Below are positions 8,413-18,872 of a stretch of DNA of 64,000 nt, one piece after another. The notes below the pieces were generated by a model. It did not search any database. It saw only the letters and a program-made list of their open reading frames with translations, and was not told the origin of the DNA. Made by a program: the position numbers and the translations under genes. Position 1 is the first letter of the stretch, and each line of letters starts with the position of its first letter. Origin of the DNA: Candidatus Obscuribacteraceae bacterium (lineage in GTDB: Bacteria > Cyanobacteriota > Vampirovibrionia > Obscuribacterales > Obscuribacteraceae); assembly GCA_044226015.1 (NCBI GenBank), contig JBGAHS010000006.1, positions 579,722-643,721 of the forward strand. The letters are read 5' to 3'.

Positions 8413-10065
8413 ATGCCGCTAAAAAGACTTGCAGCTATTTTGTTTGCAGCGATTGCATTAATGCTTGGAGCTGATTTACTGGCTCTGGCGCAAGAAGCAC
8501 AGACTCCCCCAACCGCTACACAACCTAATGGTGCGGCTCTGGTCATTAAGGGCAAACGCCTCATTACATTTTATGCATCTCTTGATGGATTGTCTCCAGA
8601 AGAACGCGTAGAAAGAGCTGCTATTGTCCTGCGAGACCTGTCCCAGAGGTCTGATTTCAACCTTGATGAGCTGAAAGCCACAGATGGCACAATGGGCACC
8701 GATATCGTTGGTGGTGGCGAGCGTATAGCTACCGTGACAGACGATGATGCCAAATATGCAAACTCAAATCCCAAAATAATAGCTAATGATTTCATCCTGA
8801 AACTAAGGTATGCGTTCATTCAGAAAGCTGCCCAGACATCAGCATCAGCAGTAGCTTTCGGAATAGCTTGCTGCGTCGCAGGTTTCTTAGGACTGGTATT
8901 GCTCATTGCTTTAATTTGCAAGCTTGCAATCAATGTCTGCGAGCTTACAGAACGCTTAATTGGTAAACGCGAAAGCGGCATTAAGATTCAAGATGCAGAA
9001 CTCATCAGCGCCAGAGCACTGGTCGATATGGTACAGGCTGTAATTAAACTGCTGCAATTTGCCATGATTTGCGTTTTGTTTTCGATTTACGCAGTCGTGT
9101 CACTGAGGCTGTTTCCAGGAACCAGACCGCTTGCTGACGCCCTGATTGAAAACGCCAAGGTGCCGCTCGTTTCCCTGGGCGATTCAGTTCTAGTCTATTT
9201 GCCAAACCTGTTCACGTTGATAATGATTGCACTAACCACTTATGGTGTCATATTCATTTGCAAATTTATCTCAAACGCGCTTAGAGATGGCTCAATCAGA
9301 TTCGCTGACTTTGACCCTGAATGGGCTGAGCCGACTTACAAATTAGCCAGATTTACCGTCATCTTCTTTGCCCTGGTATGCGCATTTCCTTACCTTCCTG
9401 GCTGGGATACACCTGCATTTAAACAGCTTGGACTCGTAGTTGGAATTTTGATCTCTTTTGGCTCTTCCTCTGCCATTAGCAACATCATGGCGGGAGTTGT
9501 GCTCACCTACACCAATGCATTTCGTGTGGGTCACCGGGTAAAAGTTGCAGAACAAGTAGGAGACGTCTTAGAAAAGACCCTGGTTGTAACCCGCATGCGG
9601 ACGCCAAAGGGAGAAATAATCTCCATTCCGAATGCACAGATATTATCGGGAACCATTACGAATTACAGCGCTGAAGCCTTGATGGGTCGATTGATTTTGC
9701 ACAGCACTATAACGATAGGATACGATGTGCCCTGGCGCAAGGTGCACGCAATGCTGCTTGCAGCGGGCAAGAAGACAGAAGGAGTGCTGCCTGACCCTGA
9801 ACCTTTTGTTTTGCAAACATCACTAGATGATTTCTATGTTTCATATGAAATCAATGTTTTCACTGACCAGGCGCACAACATTCCTGCTGTTTACTCGTCT
9901 CTGCATCAAAACATTCAAGATGCCTTTTTCGAGAATGGTGTGGAGATCATGTCACCGCACTACACAAGCCTTCGAGACGGCAATACACCTGCTGTTCCAG
10001 CACATAATTTGCCAACAGATTTTGTAGCGCCGACGTTCAAAGTCGAGTCAATCAGCAAGAGTTAG
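8413..10065 (+). CDS. MscS family mechanosensitive channel with N-terminal periplasmic domain
   Basis: ISNIMAGVVL..TNAFRVGHRV...GDV...T..RT..GEIISIPNA; ITIGYDVPWRKV; GVEIMSPHY. Start chosen at ATG 8413. Confidence 0.92.
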   Translation: MPLKRLAAILFAAIALMLGADLLALAQEAQTPPTATQPNGAALVIKGKRLITFYASLDGLSPEERVERAAIVLRDLSQRSDFNLDELKATDGTMGTDIVGGGERIATVTDDDAKYANSNPKIIANDFILKLRYAFIQKAAQTSASAVAFGIACCVAGFLGLVLLIALICKLAINVCELTERLIGKRESGIKIQDAELISARALVDMVQAVIKLLQFAMICVLFSIYAVVSLRLFPGTRPLADALIENAKVPLVSLGDSVLVYLPNLFTLIMIALTTYGVIFICKFISNALRDGSIRFADFDPEWAEPTYKLARFTVIFFALVCAFPYLPGWDTPAFKQLGLVVGILISFGSSSAISNIMAGVVLTYTNAFRVGHRVKVAEQVGDVLEKTLVVTRMRTPKGEIISIPNAQILSGTITNYSAEALMGRLILHSTITIGYDVPWRKVHAMLLAAGKKTEGVLPDPEPFVLQTSLDDFYVSYEINVFTDQAHNIPAVYSSLHQNIQDAFFENGVEIMSPHYTSLRDGNTPAVPAHNLPTDFVAPTFKVESISKS

Positions 10066-10070
10066 CAGGA

Positions 10071-10478
10071 TTATTTATTCAGCTCGCTCTTTTTGACGTA
10101 GCTAAAGATTGATAATGTGTTGCCATCGTAGTCGTTAAAACCAGCAGAGAAGCCAACCTTATCTCCATCTTCACAGACCTGATGAGGTTCATTGTTGAAC
10201 TTCACTCCAGCCTTCTTGAGCTCTTCAACTGCCTGGAAAACATCCTCAACTTCGAATACGAGATCTGGCATGCCTTCTTTTGGCTTAGCAGGCGGGTTTT
10301 CGATTCCGTGAAGAGCCAGAGTAGTGCTTCCTGTATCGAGTTCAACCCAACCTGGAGCATCGACTTTCACCTTCATTCCGAGAAGGTCACGATAGAAATG
10401 GGTTGCCTTTTCTGCGTCCTTAACGTACACGATCACATACGATAGTGTGGACAGTTTAGCCTTGGTACTGGTAGCCAT
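10071..10478 (-). CDS. VOC/glyoxalase family protein
   Basis: VIVYVKD..KA..FYRDLLG, LVFEVEDV, FNDYDGN; GAGGAG RBS. Confidence 0.9.
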   Translation of the reverse strand: MATSTKAKLSTLSYVIVYVKDAEKATHFYRDLLGMKVKVDAPGWVELDTGSTTLALHGIENPPAKPKEGMPDLVFEVEDVFQAVEELKKAGVKFNNEPHQVCEDGDKVGFSAGFNDYDGNTLSIFSYVKKSELNK

Positions 10479-10601
10479 TGTCTGCTCCTCGATAGTTTCA
10501 GCCAGACTGCTTTGAAGTTCAATGCAGCAGCTTGATATCCTATCTCAAATTGCCCCTCTATTCATTAATTGTATGAATAGTTTCCAGCTTGTTAAGTTTG
10601 G

Positions 10602-11186
10602 CTATTCATCCTGGCTAGGCGGAGCCATAGCCGGAGTCATGTTGTAAGTCCAGTGAGCATGCGTGGTCGAATCATTCATTGTGATGCTCGGTATCTTGCC
10701 CTTTTCCATGTAATCTTTGATTTTTTCGATTATTGGCTTGCGTGCGTTAGGGTCGGGAAGAGTTGTGTCTACAGTCAAATTCAGCGGTTTGTCCACCGCC
10801 TTGTCTCCGGGCGCGCTATCAGATGGGTCAGCCCAGGTGAGCTTCGTGTTTGTTGCGCCGGCCGCCGACAGTCCGTTGGTAAGTTCTGATTCGATGAAAT
10901 TGCGCGCGTCGGTATAGGTTAGCTTCTCCATAGGATCTTCAGGCGGCTTGCCCTCACGCATAACCCTTCCTATCCACGAGCCAGAAGCTGCCCATACACC
11001 AAGTCCAATTACAACAATGAAGACGATAACGAAAGGCGCCCAATTTATACCTGGCTGTTCCGCCTTGAACGATGAGAACTGCTTGCTGCCTCCGGGACCG
11101 CGCCTGACGGCTTGCCTCGTTCCGCAAGATGGGCAAACTTCCTCATAACCATGAAGTGGTACTCTACAGCTTGGACAATCGTGCAT
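10602..11186 (-). CDS. zinc-ribbon, single-TM hypothetical protein
   Basis: CPSC-x11-CPSCG at the N-terminus, then one TM helix and a C-terminal domain; 1 nt downstream of the rhomboid gene. Confidence 0.75.
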   Translation of the reverse strand: MHDCPSCRVPLHGYEEVCPSCGTRQAVRRGPGGSKQFSSFKAEQPGINWAPFVIVFIVVIGLGVWAASGSWIGRVMREGKPPEDPMEKLTYTDARNFIESELTNGLSAAGATNTKLTWADPSDSAPGDKAVDKPLNLTVDTTLPDPNARKPIIEKIKDYMEKGKIPSITMNDSTTHAHWTYNMTPAMAPPSQDE

Positions 11187-11187
11187 G

Positions 11188-12957
11188 CTAAGCTTCCTTC
11201 CCTTGATTCACTAACTTGTCTGTACCCAGTTTTTGCATTGGTATCAACCAACCAAGTATAAACCCACTAAGCATTCCACCGAAGTGGGCTGCAGCGGCAA
11301 TTCGGATTGCCTCGCTGCCAGCTTTGGCAGGGAAAAGATGATTGGCAAACTGATCAAAAAACAGCTGTGTAACTGCAAGACCTATCATCCAGGTCAATTC
11401 GTGCTTTCTCACCGATGGTGGCAGAACATCCTTCAGCTTCATTGTCGCAGCTAAGCCTGCGCCGAACACTCCCAGCACTGCGCCAGAGGCACCTACGGCT
11501 GGTTCGTTCAACGAAACCAACATTTCCATCAAACCTGAAAGAACGCCTGAGCCAAGAAATATGAACAGAAAGCGTAGGGGTCCGTACAGGTTTTCGACAT
11601 AGCGTCCAAACCAGACCAGTCCAAACAAATTCATCATCAAGTGAGGAATTCCACCGTGCAAAAACTGATAAGTAAACAGGCGCCACCACTGCCCCTCAAG
11701 AACCAGAGGACCCTGCAAAACTCCTGCAAGAAAGAACTGATGCGACATTCGATTGAACGAATCTCCCATTTGCATCAGCCTGACCATTGAGGAGTCCGTC
11801 AGGATAAAAATAATGGAAATCAACCCAGATAGAATATGTACGGTTCGGGGTTGCTTCTTACTGTTTAGAACCTCGGAGACTTGCATGCAACGATGCCTGA
11901 TGTTTCTTGCGGTCGCGGCAGCTATTGCTCTTGCGTTCGTCTGACCTGGAGTCTCTTGCGACGTTTCTTCAAGGGACGGCTCTTGCTCGATGGATGGCTC
12001 TTCAGGAGCTGCAAGCTTACTCTTAGCAAACTCTATTTGTGACTCAGTGCGCTCTCTCCATGCATGATCTTGCTTCGGAGTCTTTTCGAGTGAATCTGCA
12101 AAAATTTCCAGGGCACCAGCATAATTCCCCTTTACTGATCGGCAACGTGCATGCCAGTAAAGACGGGCATATTCGGGAAGTGCACTTTTGTTTTTTCGCA
12201 TTGCGCTGAGCACATCAAGAAGATCATCTTCATCTCCAATCATTGCAAAGAATGAGAGGAATACAGTCTCTAGCGAATCTCGTCCATAATTAGAGGCAGG
12301 CAGATCGGCGAGTTCAAGCGCAGCAGCAGCCTCTTCGAAGCGCTCGAGTTCATTGAAGGCTCGCGCTGCAGGGACAGCTACCATGTGCGGAAAGCGATTT
12401 TTCTTGTTCTTTTCTCCTGCAGCTTCAAAGCGTTGCTTTGCCTCGTAGTATTTTTCGATGACTGATTCCCAATCTCGAATAACTAGAAGACCTATCATGG
12501 CGTAAGCGGTGAGATTATCAGCTATGGGCTTCGGAAGACCAAATGCATTCCATTTTTCGTAGATTGAGGAAGCAGATTTGCTGTCTCCCTTTAAGTAGAA
12601 TTGAATCATCGTACACAGATCAATCCAGTACTGCCCGGGTGGTCCCCAGAATGAGAATCGGAGAACTCGCGCGATAGAAATAGCTTGCTCTGTCCTCAGT
12701 AAACCAAGTGCCTGAGTCATCTTGATGGACAAGATACGAGCCATAACTGTGAAAGAGAGCAGAAAAATCCAGCCCATCCAGGCAAAGATCCAATCGCTTT
12801 TAGGAAATACAAATAACCCCAACACCGAAATAATCAGCACAATGACGTGCTGAATCATCATTCCCCATGACCACTTAATATTCGCCCGAAGAGAATTGGC
12901 GATACCAAATATGGAACCAACCAATAAAGGCAAAAGCCAGAGCGTAATTTGAGTCAT
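11188..12957 (-). CDS. rhomboid family intramembrane serine protease with N-terminal TM and TPR-like region
   Basis: WWRLFTYQFLHGGIPHLMMN, catalytic GASGA, AHFGG. Confidence 0.92.
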   Translation of the reverse strand: MTQITLWLLPLLVGSIFGIANSLRANIKWSWGMMIQHVIVLIISVLGLFVFPKSDWIFAWMGWIFLLSFTVMARILSIKMTQALGLLRTEQAISIARVLRFSFWGPPGQYWIDLCTMIQFYLKGDSKSASSIYEKWNAFGLPKPIADNLTAYAMIGLLVIRDWESVIEKYYEAKQRFEAAGEKNKKNRFPHMVAVPAARAFNELERFEEAAAALELADLPASNYGRDSLETVFLSFFAMIGDEDDLLDVLSAMRKNKSALPEYARLYWHARCRSVKGNYAGALEIFADSLEKTPKQDHAWRERTESQIEFAKSKLAAPEEPSIEQEPSLEETSQETPGQTNARAIAAATARNIRHRCMQVSEVLNSKKQPRTVHILSGLISIIFILTDSSMVRLMQMGDSFNRMSHQFFLAGVLQGPLVLEGQWWRLFTYQFLHGGIPHLMMNLFGLVWFGRYVENLYGPLRFLFIFLGSGVLSGLMEMLVSLNEPAVGASGAVLGVFGAGLAATMKLKDVLPPSVRKHELTWMIGLAVTQLFFDQFANHLFPAKAGSEAIRIAAAAHFGGMLSGFILGWLIPMQKLGTDKLVNQGKEA

Positions 12958-12972
12958 TAAATTCGGGCTTCT

Positions 12973-13695
12973 CTAAACCTGCGAAGATGCTGGAATCGAC
13001 TTTACGAATCTCTTGGTAATAAGTTGGGGTCTGGTAATTGCGCTTCCTACAACCACAGCGAAAGCTCCCAACTTAAAAGCTCTAGTAACCTCTTCAGGAT
13101 GCCAGACTCTGCCTTCGAGTACAACATGTTTTTTCAGATTTTTGCAGAGCTGCTCTAGAAATTCAAAACTTGGTGGCGCTTCGCTTTCCAACTGAGTTTC
13201 TTTTGTATAGCCATACAAGGTTGTCGAAACAACGTCAGCCCCATATTCGGCAGCTGCAGTTCCTTCATCGAAGCGAGCAACGTCTGCCCAAACCGGCTTG
13301 TCAAGCTCATTATGGATTCTTGATATAGTTTCTTTCAGAGTCAAACCATCAGGTCGACTTCTGGGTGTAGCATCAAGTGCAATTATGTCTGCACCTGCAT
13401 CGGAAATCTGCTTTGCTTCAGCAAATGTCGAAGTGATGTACACGCTAGAAAGTCTTTCTGACTCAGGAATTGCATCATTTTTCAAAAGACCGACAATTGG
13501 CAGCTCTGTATGCTGTCGGATCAATTTGATGTTTTCGATGCCTTCCAGACGCAAGCCTTTTGCACCACCATTGATACCGGACAAAGCCAGAGCAAGTAAA
13601 TGCTCTGGCTTATTCAGTGGTTCATCATCAGCTGCTTGAGTCGAAACAATAACAGCATTTTTTAAAGACTCAAGTCTCTGAAAGTACTTATTCAT
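12973..13695 (-). CDS. nanE: N-acetylmannosamine-6-phosphate 2-epimerase
   Basis: IVSTQA..EPL, LPIVGLLK, VYITST, IIALDAT.R.RPDG, TTLYGYT, AVVVGSAITRP. Confidence 0.93.
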   Translation of the reverse strand: MNKYFQRLESLKNAVIVSTQAADDEPLNKPEHLLALALSGINGGAKGLRLEGIENIKLIRQHTELPIVGLLKNDAIPESERLSSVYITSTFAEAKQISDAGADIIALDATPRSRPDGLTLKETISRIHNELDKPVWADVARFDEGTAAAEYGADVVSTTLYGYTKETQLESEAPPSFEFLEQLCKNLKKHVVLEGRVWHPEEVTRAFKLGAFAVVVGSAITRPQLITKRFVKSIPASSQV

Positions 13696-13698
13696 TGT

Positions 13699-15150
13699 TT
13701 AAAGTGCCGGCAAATTCAAGCAGATGAATTTAGGCTGTGTCATTTCTGCAATAGCATATTTGACGCCTTCAAGACCGACTCCAGATTCCTTACGTCCGCC
13801 ATAAGGCATGTGATCAGCTCGGAAGGTCGGGGCGTCGTTCACCATGACACCGCCAGCGTCGATTTGTCTGGCAGCCTTGAAAGCAATTTCAAGGTTTTGC
13901 GTGAAGACACCAGCTTGCAATCCATAACGAGAGTCATTCATCATTGCAATAGCTTCGTCGATATTTTTGTATTTCATGACAGAGACGACTGGTCCAAAAA
14001 CTTCCTGACAGACAACCGAAAGGTCCTTTTTGGTATCAGACAATACTGTCGGAAGAAGGACATTGTTGCCTTGCTTTGTGCCACCACAATGCAACTTAGC
14101 GCCCCCCTTAACAGCTTCATCTATCCACTCGATTGTTTTGTCTACCGAACCGGTGTCAATCATCGGTCCAACATCCACAGCTTCATCGAGCGGGTCGCCG
14201 CACTTCAAATTTTTGACAATATCCACGAATGAGTTCATGAATTTGTCATAGGCATTTTCTTGAACATACACTCTTTGAACAGAGATGCAGGTTTGTCCGG
14301 CATTGACGTATCCGCCTCTGGCTGCGGCTTTAGCAGCCAGGGTAAGGTCGGCATCGTCGTGCACAACTAAACCAGCATTTCCGCCGAGTTCCAAAATTAT
14401 TCTGGTGCCAGGAGCAATCTGGTGGCGAAGTCTCCAACCAACTTCCTGCGAACCAGTGAAGGTTAATAGAGCAATTCGGGGGTCGCTAACAAGAGCGATG
14501 CCCTTAGAACCACGACATGGTGCTAGAACTAGCGCACCTTCCGGCAAACCTGCGGCAGCAAGCACTTCAGCCAACTTCAAGCTGCTGACTGGTGTCTGAC
14601 TCGCGGGTTTCAATACCACAGTGCAACCAGATGCTATCGCCGGTGCAAGCTTGTGTACAACCAGATTCAGTGGGAAATTGAATGGTGTAATAGCGCCAAT
14701 AACGCCGATAGGTTCTCTCATAATTAAGCCGATGCGCCCTTCGTTTCCAGGCTGACGATCCATCGAAACATGTTCGCCATCAAGTCTCAGGGTTTCTTCT
14801 GCTGCAATTGTGAAAGTTCCGATAGCTCGTGTCACTTCAATGCGGGCATCTTTAATTGGCTTACCGCCTTCAAGTGCAATTGTTTTTGCAAATTCTTCGT
14901 GACGCTCTTGTAGAAGCTCTGCTGCTTTGTTCAATATCGCAGCCCGCTTATGGGCAGGCATCTTCTTCATCACATTTTCAAATGTGTCTTTTGCCTGAGC
15001 AATTGCTTGTTTGATTGCGTTTTCGTCTGCCTGCGCAACGGCTGCAATCACTTCGCCATTGAATGGACTTTTTACTTCATTTAGCTCACCTTCCGAGCTG
15101 CCTTTTATTTTCAAAGGATATTTGGCAATTTCTCTAAGCATTTTTAGCAT
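13699..15150 (-). CDS. aldehyde dehydrogenase family protein
   Basis: ITPFNFPLN, FTGS, LELGGN, catalytic GQTCIS, EVFGP, MPYGGRKESG. Confidence 0.95.
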   Translation of the reverse strand: MLKMLREIAKYPLKIKGSSEGELNEVKSPFNGEVIAAVAQADENAIKQAIAQAKDTFENVMKKMPAHKRAAILNKAAELLQERHEEFAKTIALEGGKPIKDARIEVTRAIGTFTIAAEETLRLDGEHVSMDRQPGNEGRIGLIMREPIGVIGAITPFNFPLNLVVHKLAPAIASGCTVVLKPASQTPVSSLKLAEVLAAAGLPEGALVLAPCRGSKGIALVSDPRIALLTFTGSQEVGWRLRHQIAPGTRIILELGGNAGLVVHDDADLTLAAKAAARGGYVNAGQTCISVQRVYVQENAYDKFMNSFVDIVKNLKCGDPLDEAVDVGPMIDTGSVDKTIEWIDEAVKGGAKLHCGGTKQGNNVLLPTVLSDTKKDLSVVCQEVFGPVVSVMKYKNIDEAIAMMNDSRYGLQAGVFTQNLEIAFKAARQIDAGGVMVNDAPTFRADHMPYGGRKESGVGLEGVKYAIAEMTQPKFICLNLPAL

Positions 15151-15504
15151 TCCTTGGTATCAGATAAGACAATTCACATCTGAGGCGTCGACACACGAAT
15201 AACACAATTTAAAGCAAGAAGAGTAAATTCTGGGATATGAGCAATATCACTACAGCACGGCGCTTGACTTCCCGCTTTTCCAAGCGCAATGACATTAAAG
15301 TATGCCTCATTCTATTCGCTAGCTGTCCAGAATTAAGACCTTCATTAGACTTCTCTCGTGACGGCAAAGTGAATTCAGTGGATAATTCGATGAGTTCCCA
15401 AGTGCTCTGTATGATAGTAGGCATAGGAAATATACAGAGTTGTAGTTAGCAGCCTTCTGCGCTATCTAGTCAAAAAAACGGATGGTGCTAAACTCAAGTG
15501 AAGT

Positions 15505-16782
15505 ATGCAAGACAAGCAAAACACAAATTCTTCCGATAAATACATTCGAGCCACCGCGATTCTACTTCTAACAGTGGTCCTCGGAAATATCTCTACTTCT
15601 CTGGCCTATGGTTATGCCAGAAATGGCCGACATCGCCACAGGGAACGTAGTAACTCACGAAGTCACTCGCAAGAGAAAGTTCATGTCGACGTGCGAAGCG
15701 TCAACGTTCACTCTCCTCAGGAAGCGAAAGATCGTCTCAAGGAAATTAAGCGCGAAAAAGAGATAGCGCAAGAGAAAGTACGATTGGCACGCGAACAAGA
15801 AAAGAAGGCTTTCCAAAAGCTTCGAAACATTCAATCAAATTTGAATGAGACAACAAAAGAGCTGAGCACAAACAAGCATCAGCTAGCGAAAACAGAATCG
15901 CACCTGGTACACGTTGAGACCACTATAAAGAAAACAGTGACTCAAGAACACAGCATGGAAGACCAGGCTGCCATCCGCCTGAGAGAGATGTATGAAGGCC
16001 AACGTCTGGGACTGTTAGATATGCTCTTCCAGGTTGGTTCACTCCAACAACTGATGGATTTGCTCTACTATCAAGAACGTGTCGCTGACCTCGACCGAAA
16101 ATTATTGGAACAACTTCGCGCCAGAGCTCAAGCACTCTCCGTTCAGAAGTCCAAGCTTGGGCAGCAAAAAATGCAGCTCGGAGACATAGTTTCTGAGTTC
16201 GCCAAGAAAGCTCTTATGTTGAACAAAGAGAAGAGCGAACAAGAGGTTGTGGCGGAGAAGTTACGCTCTACTCGCGCATTCTATGAGGCTGCTGAACAGC
16301 AGTTGTCTAGAGAATCTGGGCAGTTAGAGCAACAGATTTTGCAGATGGTTCGTGCTACAAACAAGCCGAACTCGGACAAGGTTGTCACACACGGAAGCGG
16401 CACAATGTCACTTCCAATACACGCACCAGTGACATCACCTTTTGGATGGAGAAGACATCCTATATTTGGTATGCGTAAGTTTCACACGGGAGTCGACCTG
16501 GCTGGACCCAATCACACTCCGATAAAAGCTGCTGACAGCGGCAATGTTTTATACTCGGGTTGGTATGGTGGCTACGGAAAAGTAGTAATTGTCAGCCACG
16601 GAAACGGTCTGGCTACTCTGTATGCACACATGAGCAAAACAGTTGCTAATCCCGGTGACAATGTCAGCAAGGGTCAGGTTGTCGGCTACGAAGGAACCAC
16701 CGGATTCTCAACAGGTCCCCACCTGCATTTCGAAGTCAGAGTCGACGGCAAGCCAAACAATCCGCTCAACTTCGCACGCTAG
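15505..16782 (+). CDS. M23 peptidase with long coiled coil (EnvC/MepM-like murein hydrolase or activator)
   Basis: Signal peptide, coiled coil, HTGVD, YAHMS, STGPHLHFEVR with Zn ligands intact. Confidence 0.92.
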   Translation: MQDKQNTNSSDKYIRATAILLLTVVLGNISTSLAYGYARNGRHRHRERSNSRSHSQEKVHVDVRSVNVHSPQEAKDRLKEIKREKEIAQEKVRLAREQEKKAFQKLRNIQSNLNETTKELSTNKHQLAKTESHLVHVETTIKKTVTQEHSMEDQAAIRLREMYEGQRLGLLDMLFQVGSLQQLMDLLYYQERVADLDRKLLEQLRARAQALSVQKSKLGQQKMQLGDIVSEFAKKALMLNKEKSEQEVVAEKLRSTRAFYEAAEQQLSRESGQLEQQILQMVRATNKPNSDKVVTHGSGTMSLPIHAPVTSPFGWRRHPIFGMRKFHTGVDLAGPNHTPIKAADSGNVLYSGWYGGYGKVVIVSHGNGLATLYAHMSKTVANPGDNVSKGQVVGYEGTTGFSTGPHLHFEVRVDGKPNNPLNFAR

Positions 16783-16905
16783 AATCTGCTATCAAAATTG
16801 CCTCCCTGCCTCAGTCCAAGACCGCCTGCGGATTCGCTTGCCGCACGCAATTTGTAGACCCAAGACAGAAATTTTACCGCACCAGATTTGGTGTCTTTAA
16901 AACCG

Positions 16906-16935
16906 AAGAGAGCAGCTCTCGGAGCCTGCTCTCTT
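16906..16935. terminator. hairpin between convergent genes
   Basis: AAGAGAGCAG-N10-CTGCTCTCTT inverted repeat. Confidence 0.55.
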
Positions 16936-16960
16936 AACCCAGCCTATCAATGATTTCGCG

Positions 16961-17224
16961 TTATGCGATTTTTGCAGCTTTCTTCTTCATTTCAGCGACG
17001 AGATCTTCTTGCCCGAGGAGGTAGCCTCTGCGAGCCTGATCGTCAGCGTAATTGATCACTGCTTCAGTGAGATTGTTGAGCATAGACAGCGGAACAAATT
17101 CACTGATCTGATTGATCATTTGTTCCACCGAAACCCACTCAGGAGTGTTTAGAGGAATCGCGTCATCAAGCCGTGCAATGATTGTATAGTTGCGGAGCTT
17201 GTCGGTCTTTGTTTGCTGAGCCAT
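16961..17224 (-). CDS. hypothetical protein (87 aa)
   Basis: Likely start MAQQTKTDK at 17224 with GAGG upstream; natural-looking helical composition. Confidence 0.7.
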   Translation of the reverse strand: MAQQTKTDKLRNYTIIARLDDAIPLNTPEWVSVEQMINQISEFVPLSMLNNLTEAVINYADDQARRGYLLGQEDLVAEMKKKAAKIA

Positions 17225-17359
17225 GAGAACAAACCTCGTTGCGTGTGACCGGCGATATATCTCTTTTATCGATCCGGATTCCCTGCTGGGATTTTCATCC
17301 CCTACGGAGTCTTTATTCCACAAAATTTATTGCTCTAACCTAATTTAGTTGCCAAGCGA

Positions 17360-18805
17360 TCAGCCGTTATTGCAATACTTTTCTCGATACAATTTCTTAG
17401 CTAGCGAACCAGCATCCTCAGGGCTTTTCACCTCTCCCAGAGCTTGTGCCTCCAGAAGGTCTTCCAAAATATCTCCGATGATTGGACCAGGTGAAATTCC
17501 AAGTAGATTCATCAAATCTGTACCGTTGAGAAAACGAGACTCCTTTACCTTACCTACTTGAATGACGCTGAAATTACGCAAAAGTTCGAACAAATTTTCC
17601 TCCGCTTCCCTCCTGCCAACTTGAAGCCCGGGTCCACAAGTAGAGCGAAAGTCAGCCAGTGCAAGCACTATGAGCTCAGGAAGTTCATCACCAATTGTTC
17701 TGTAAAATCTGTATTTTGCTTTGTCAGTAGGCGTACCTTGCTGGAACAAATGACCTGGACGCAAATGCCAGCGCACTAACTTTTCAATAAATCTTTCAAC
17801 GGGCTTAGACCATTTGAGGCGCTTTGCAAGCGGCTCGCACATCTCGGCACCAAGTTTGTCGTGAGCTATAAATGTATGCTTTCCTTCATCGGTAATAACC
17901 CACGTGTCCGGCTTACCAATATCATGAATTAGAGCTGCCAGCTTGGTCGCAGCAAGACGAGACACACCCGCACTGAGCGGCTCTAACATGCGTTCCTTGA
18001 CCCAGTCGGGCATTTGTGGATATGCAGCTTCTGCCTGCACTAACGATTCAACTGAATGCTCAAAAAGCGGCAAATGATGGAAAGCATTTGAAGTTACTCT
18101 ACGTGTATCTTTCAACTCTAGAAAAATCGCTTCGAGCAATCCGTTATCGCCCATCAGACGTATGAACTTGCCAGCTGATGGTGAATCTAGCAGAACAAAC
18201 AACTCTGCACAGATTCTCTCTGCAGCCACATCAGATATGAGCTGTGCATGCTTGTTGATATATGCGTCGCATTCTGAATCTATTTCAAAATCCAGGCGAG
18301 CGGCAAAACGATAGGCTCTCAAAAGCCGTAATGGATCATCTAAAAATGATTGCTCACTGATTGCACGAATCTTCTTTTTTTCCAGATCAGATATGCCACC
18401 AACAAAATCGATCACTTCATCGGGTCGAGAAGCATCCCAACAAAGCGCATTGACAGTGAAATCACGTCGGCGCATGTCAGTCTCTACACTGCCACCAACA
18501 CAGCCAGCAAAGTCAAAAGTACTTCCATCATCTGATACCACTCGCGCGGTATCTTGTGATTCATCAAGCATGACAAAGTGCCCCGGCAATTTGTCCGCAA
18601 GATCCCGAGCCAAGCCCAGAGCATCAGCGCCAAGAACCATGAAGTCGTAGTCTTTGTGTGAAACCTTCATGTCGTCGCTGCTGAGCAATGCGTCTCTGAC
18701 GTATCCCCCAACCAGATATATACTGCAATTTCGCTGACTTGCAATTGCATAGATTTTTTTGACCGCTTCATTCACAAGCGGATTTGTTTTCAAGTCTTTA
18801 GACAT
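17360..18805 (-). CDS. class II tRNA nucleotidyltransferase with HD domain, probably CC-adding
   Basis: VGGYVRDALL..DYDF, RRRDFTVNAL, DDPLRLLRAYRFAARL, HDIGKP. The segment between DFA and DxxRRD is very short. Confidence 0.88.
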   Translation of the reverse strand: MSKDLKTNPLVNEAVKKIYAIASQRNCSIYLVGGYVRDALLSSDDMKVSHKDYDFMVLGADALGLARDLADKLPGHFVMLDESQDTARVVSDDGSTFDFAGCVGGSVETDMRRRDFTVNALCWDASRPDEVIDFVGGISDLEKKKIRAISEQSFLDDPLRLLRAYRFAARLDFEIDSECDAYINKHAQLISDVAAERICAELFVLLDSPSAGKFIRLMGDNGLLEAIFLELKDTRRVTSNAFHHLPLFEHSVESLVQAEAAYPQMPDWVKERMLEPLSAGVSRLAATKLAALIHDIGKPDTWVITDEGKHTFIAHDKLGAEMCEPLAKRLKWSKPVERFIEKLVRWHLRPGHLFQQGTPTDKAKYRFYRTIGDELPELIVLALADFRSTCGPGLQVGRREAEENLFELLRNFSVIQVGKVKESRFLNGTDLMNLLGISPGPIIGDILEDLLEAQALGEVKSPEDAGSLAKKLYREKYCNNG

Positions 18806-18872
18806 AATAGCTCGCAGACTGCCTGGCGGAAAAGCACCAGCAGAAATCAATTATACTGCGAACAACTAACTG

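Noticed and set aside
15209..15449. Two overlapping ~70-aa ORFs in the ALDH/M23 divergent gap
   Set aside because: No recognisable features; the region is more simply a divergent promoter.
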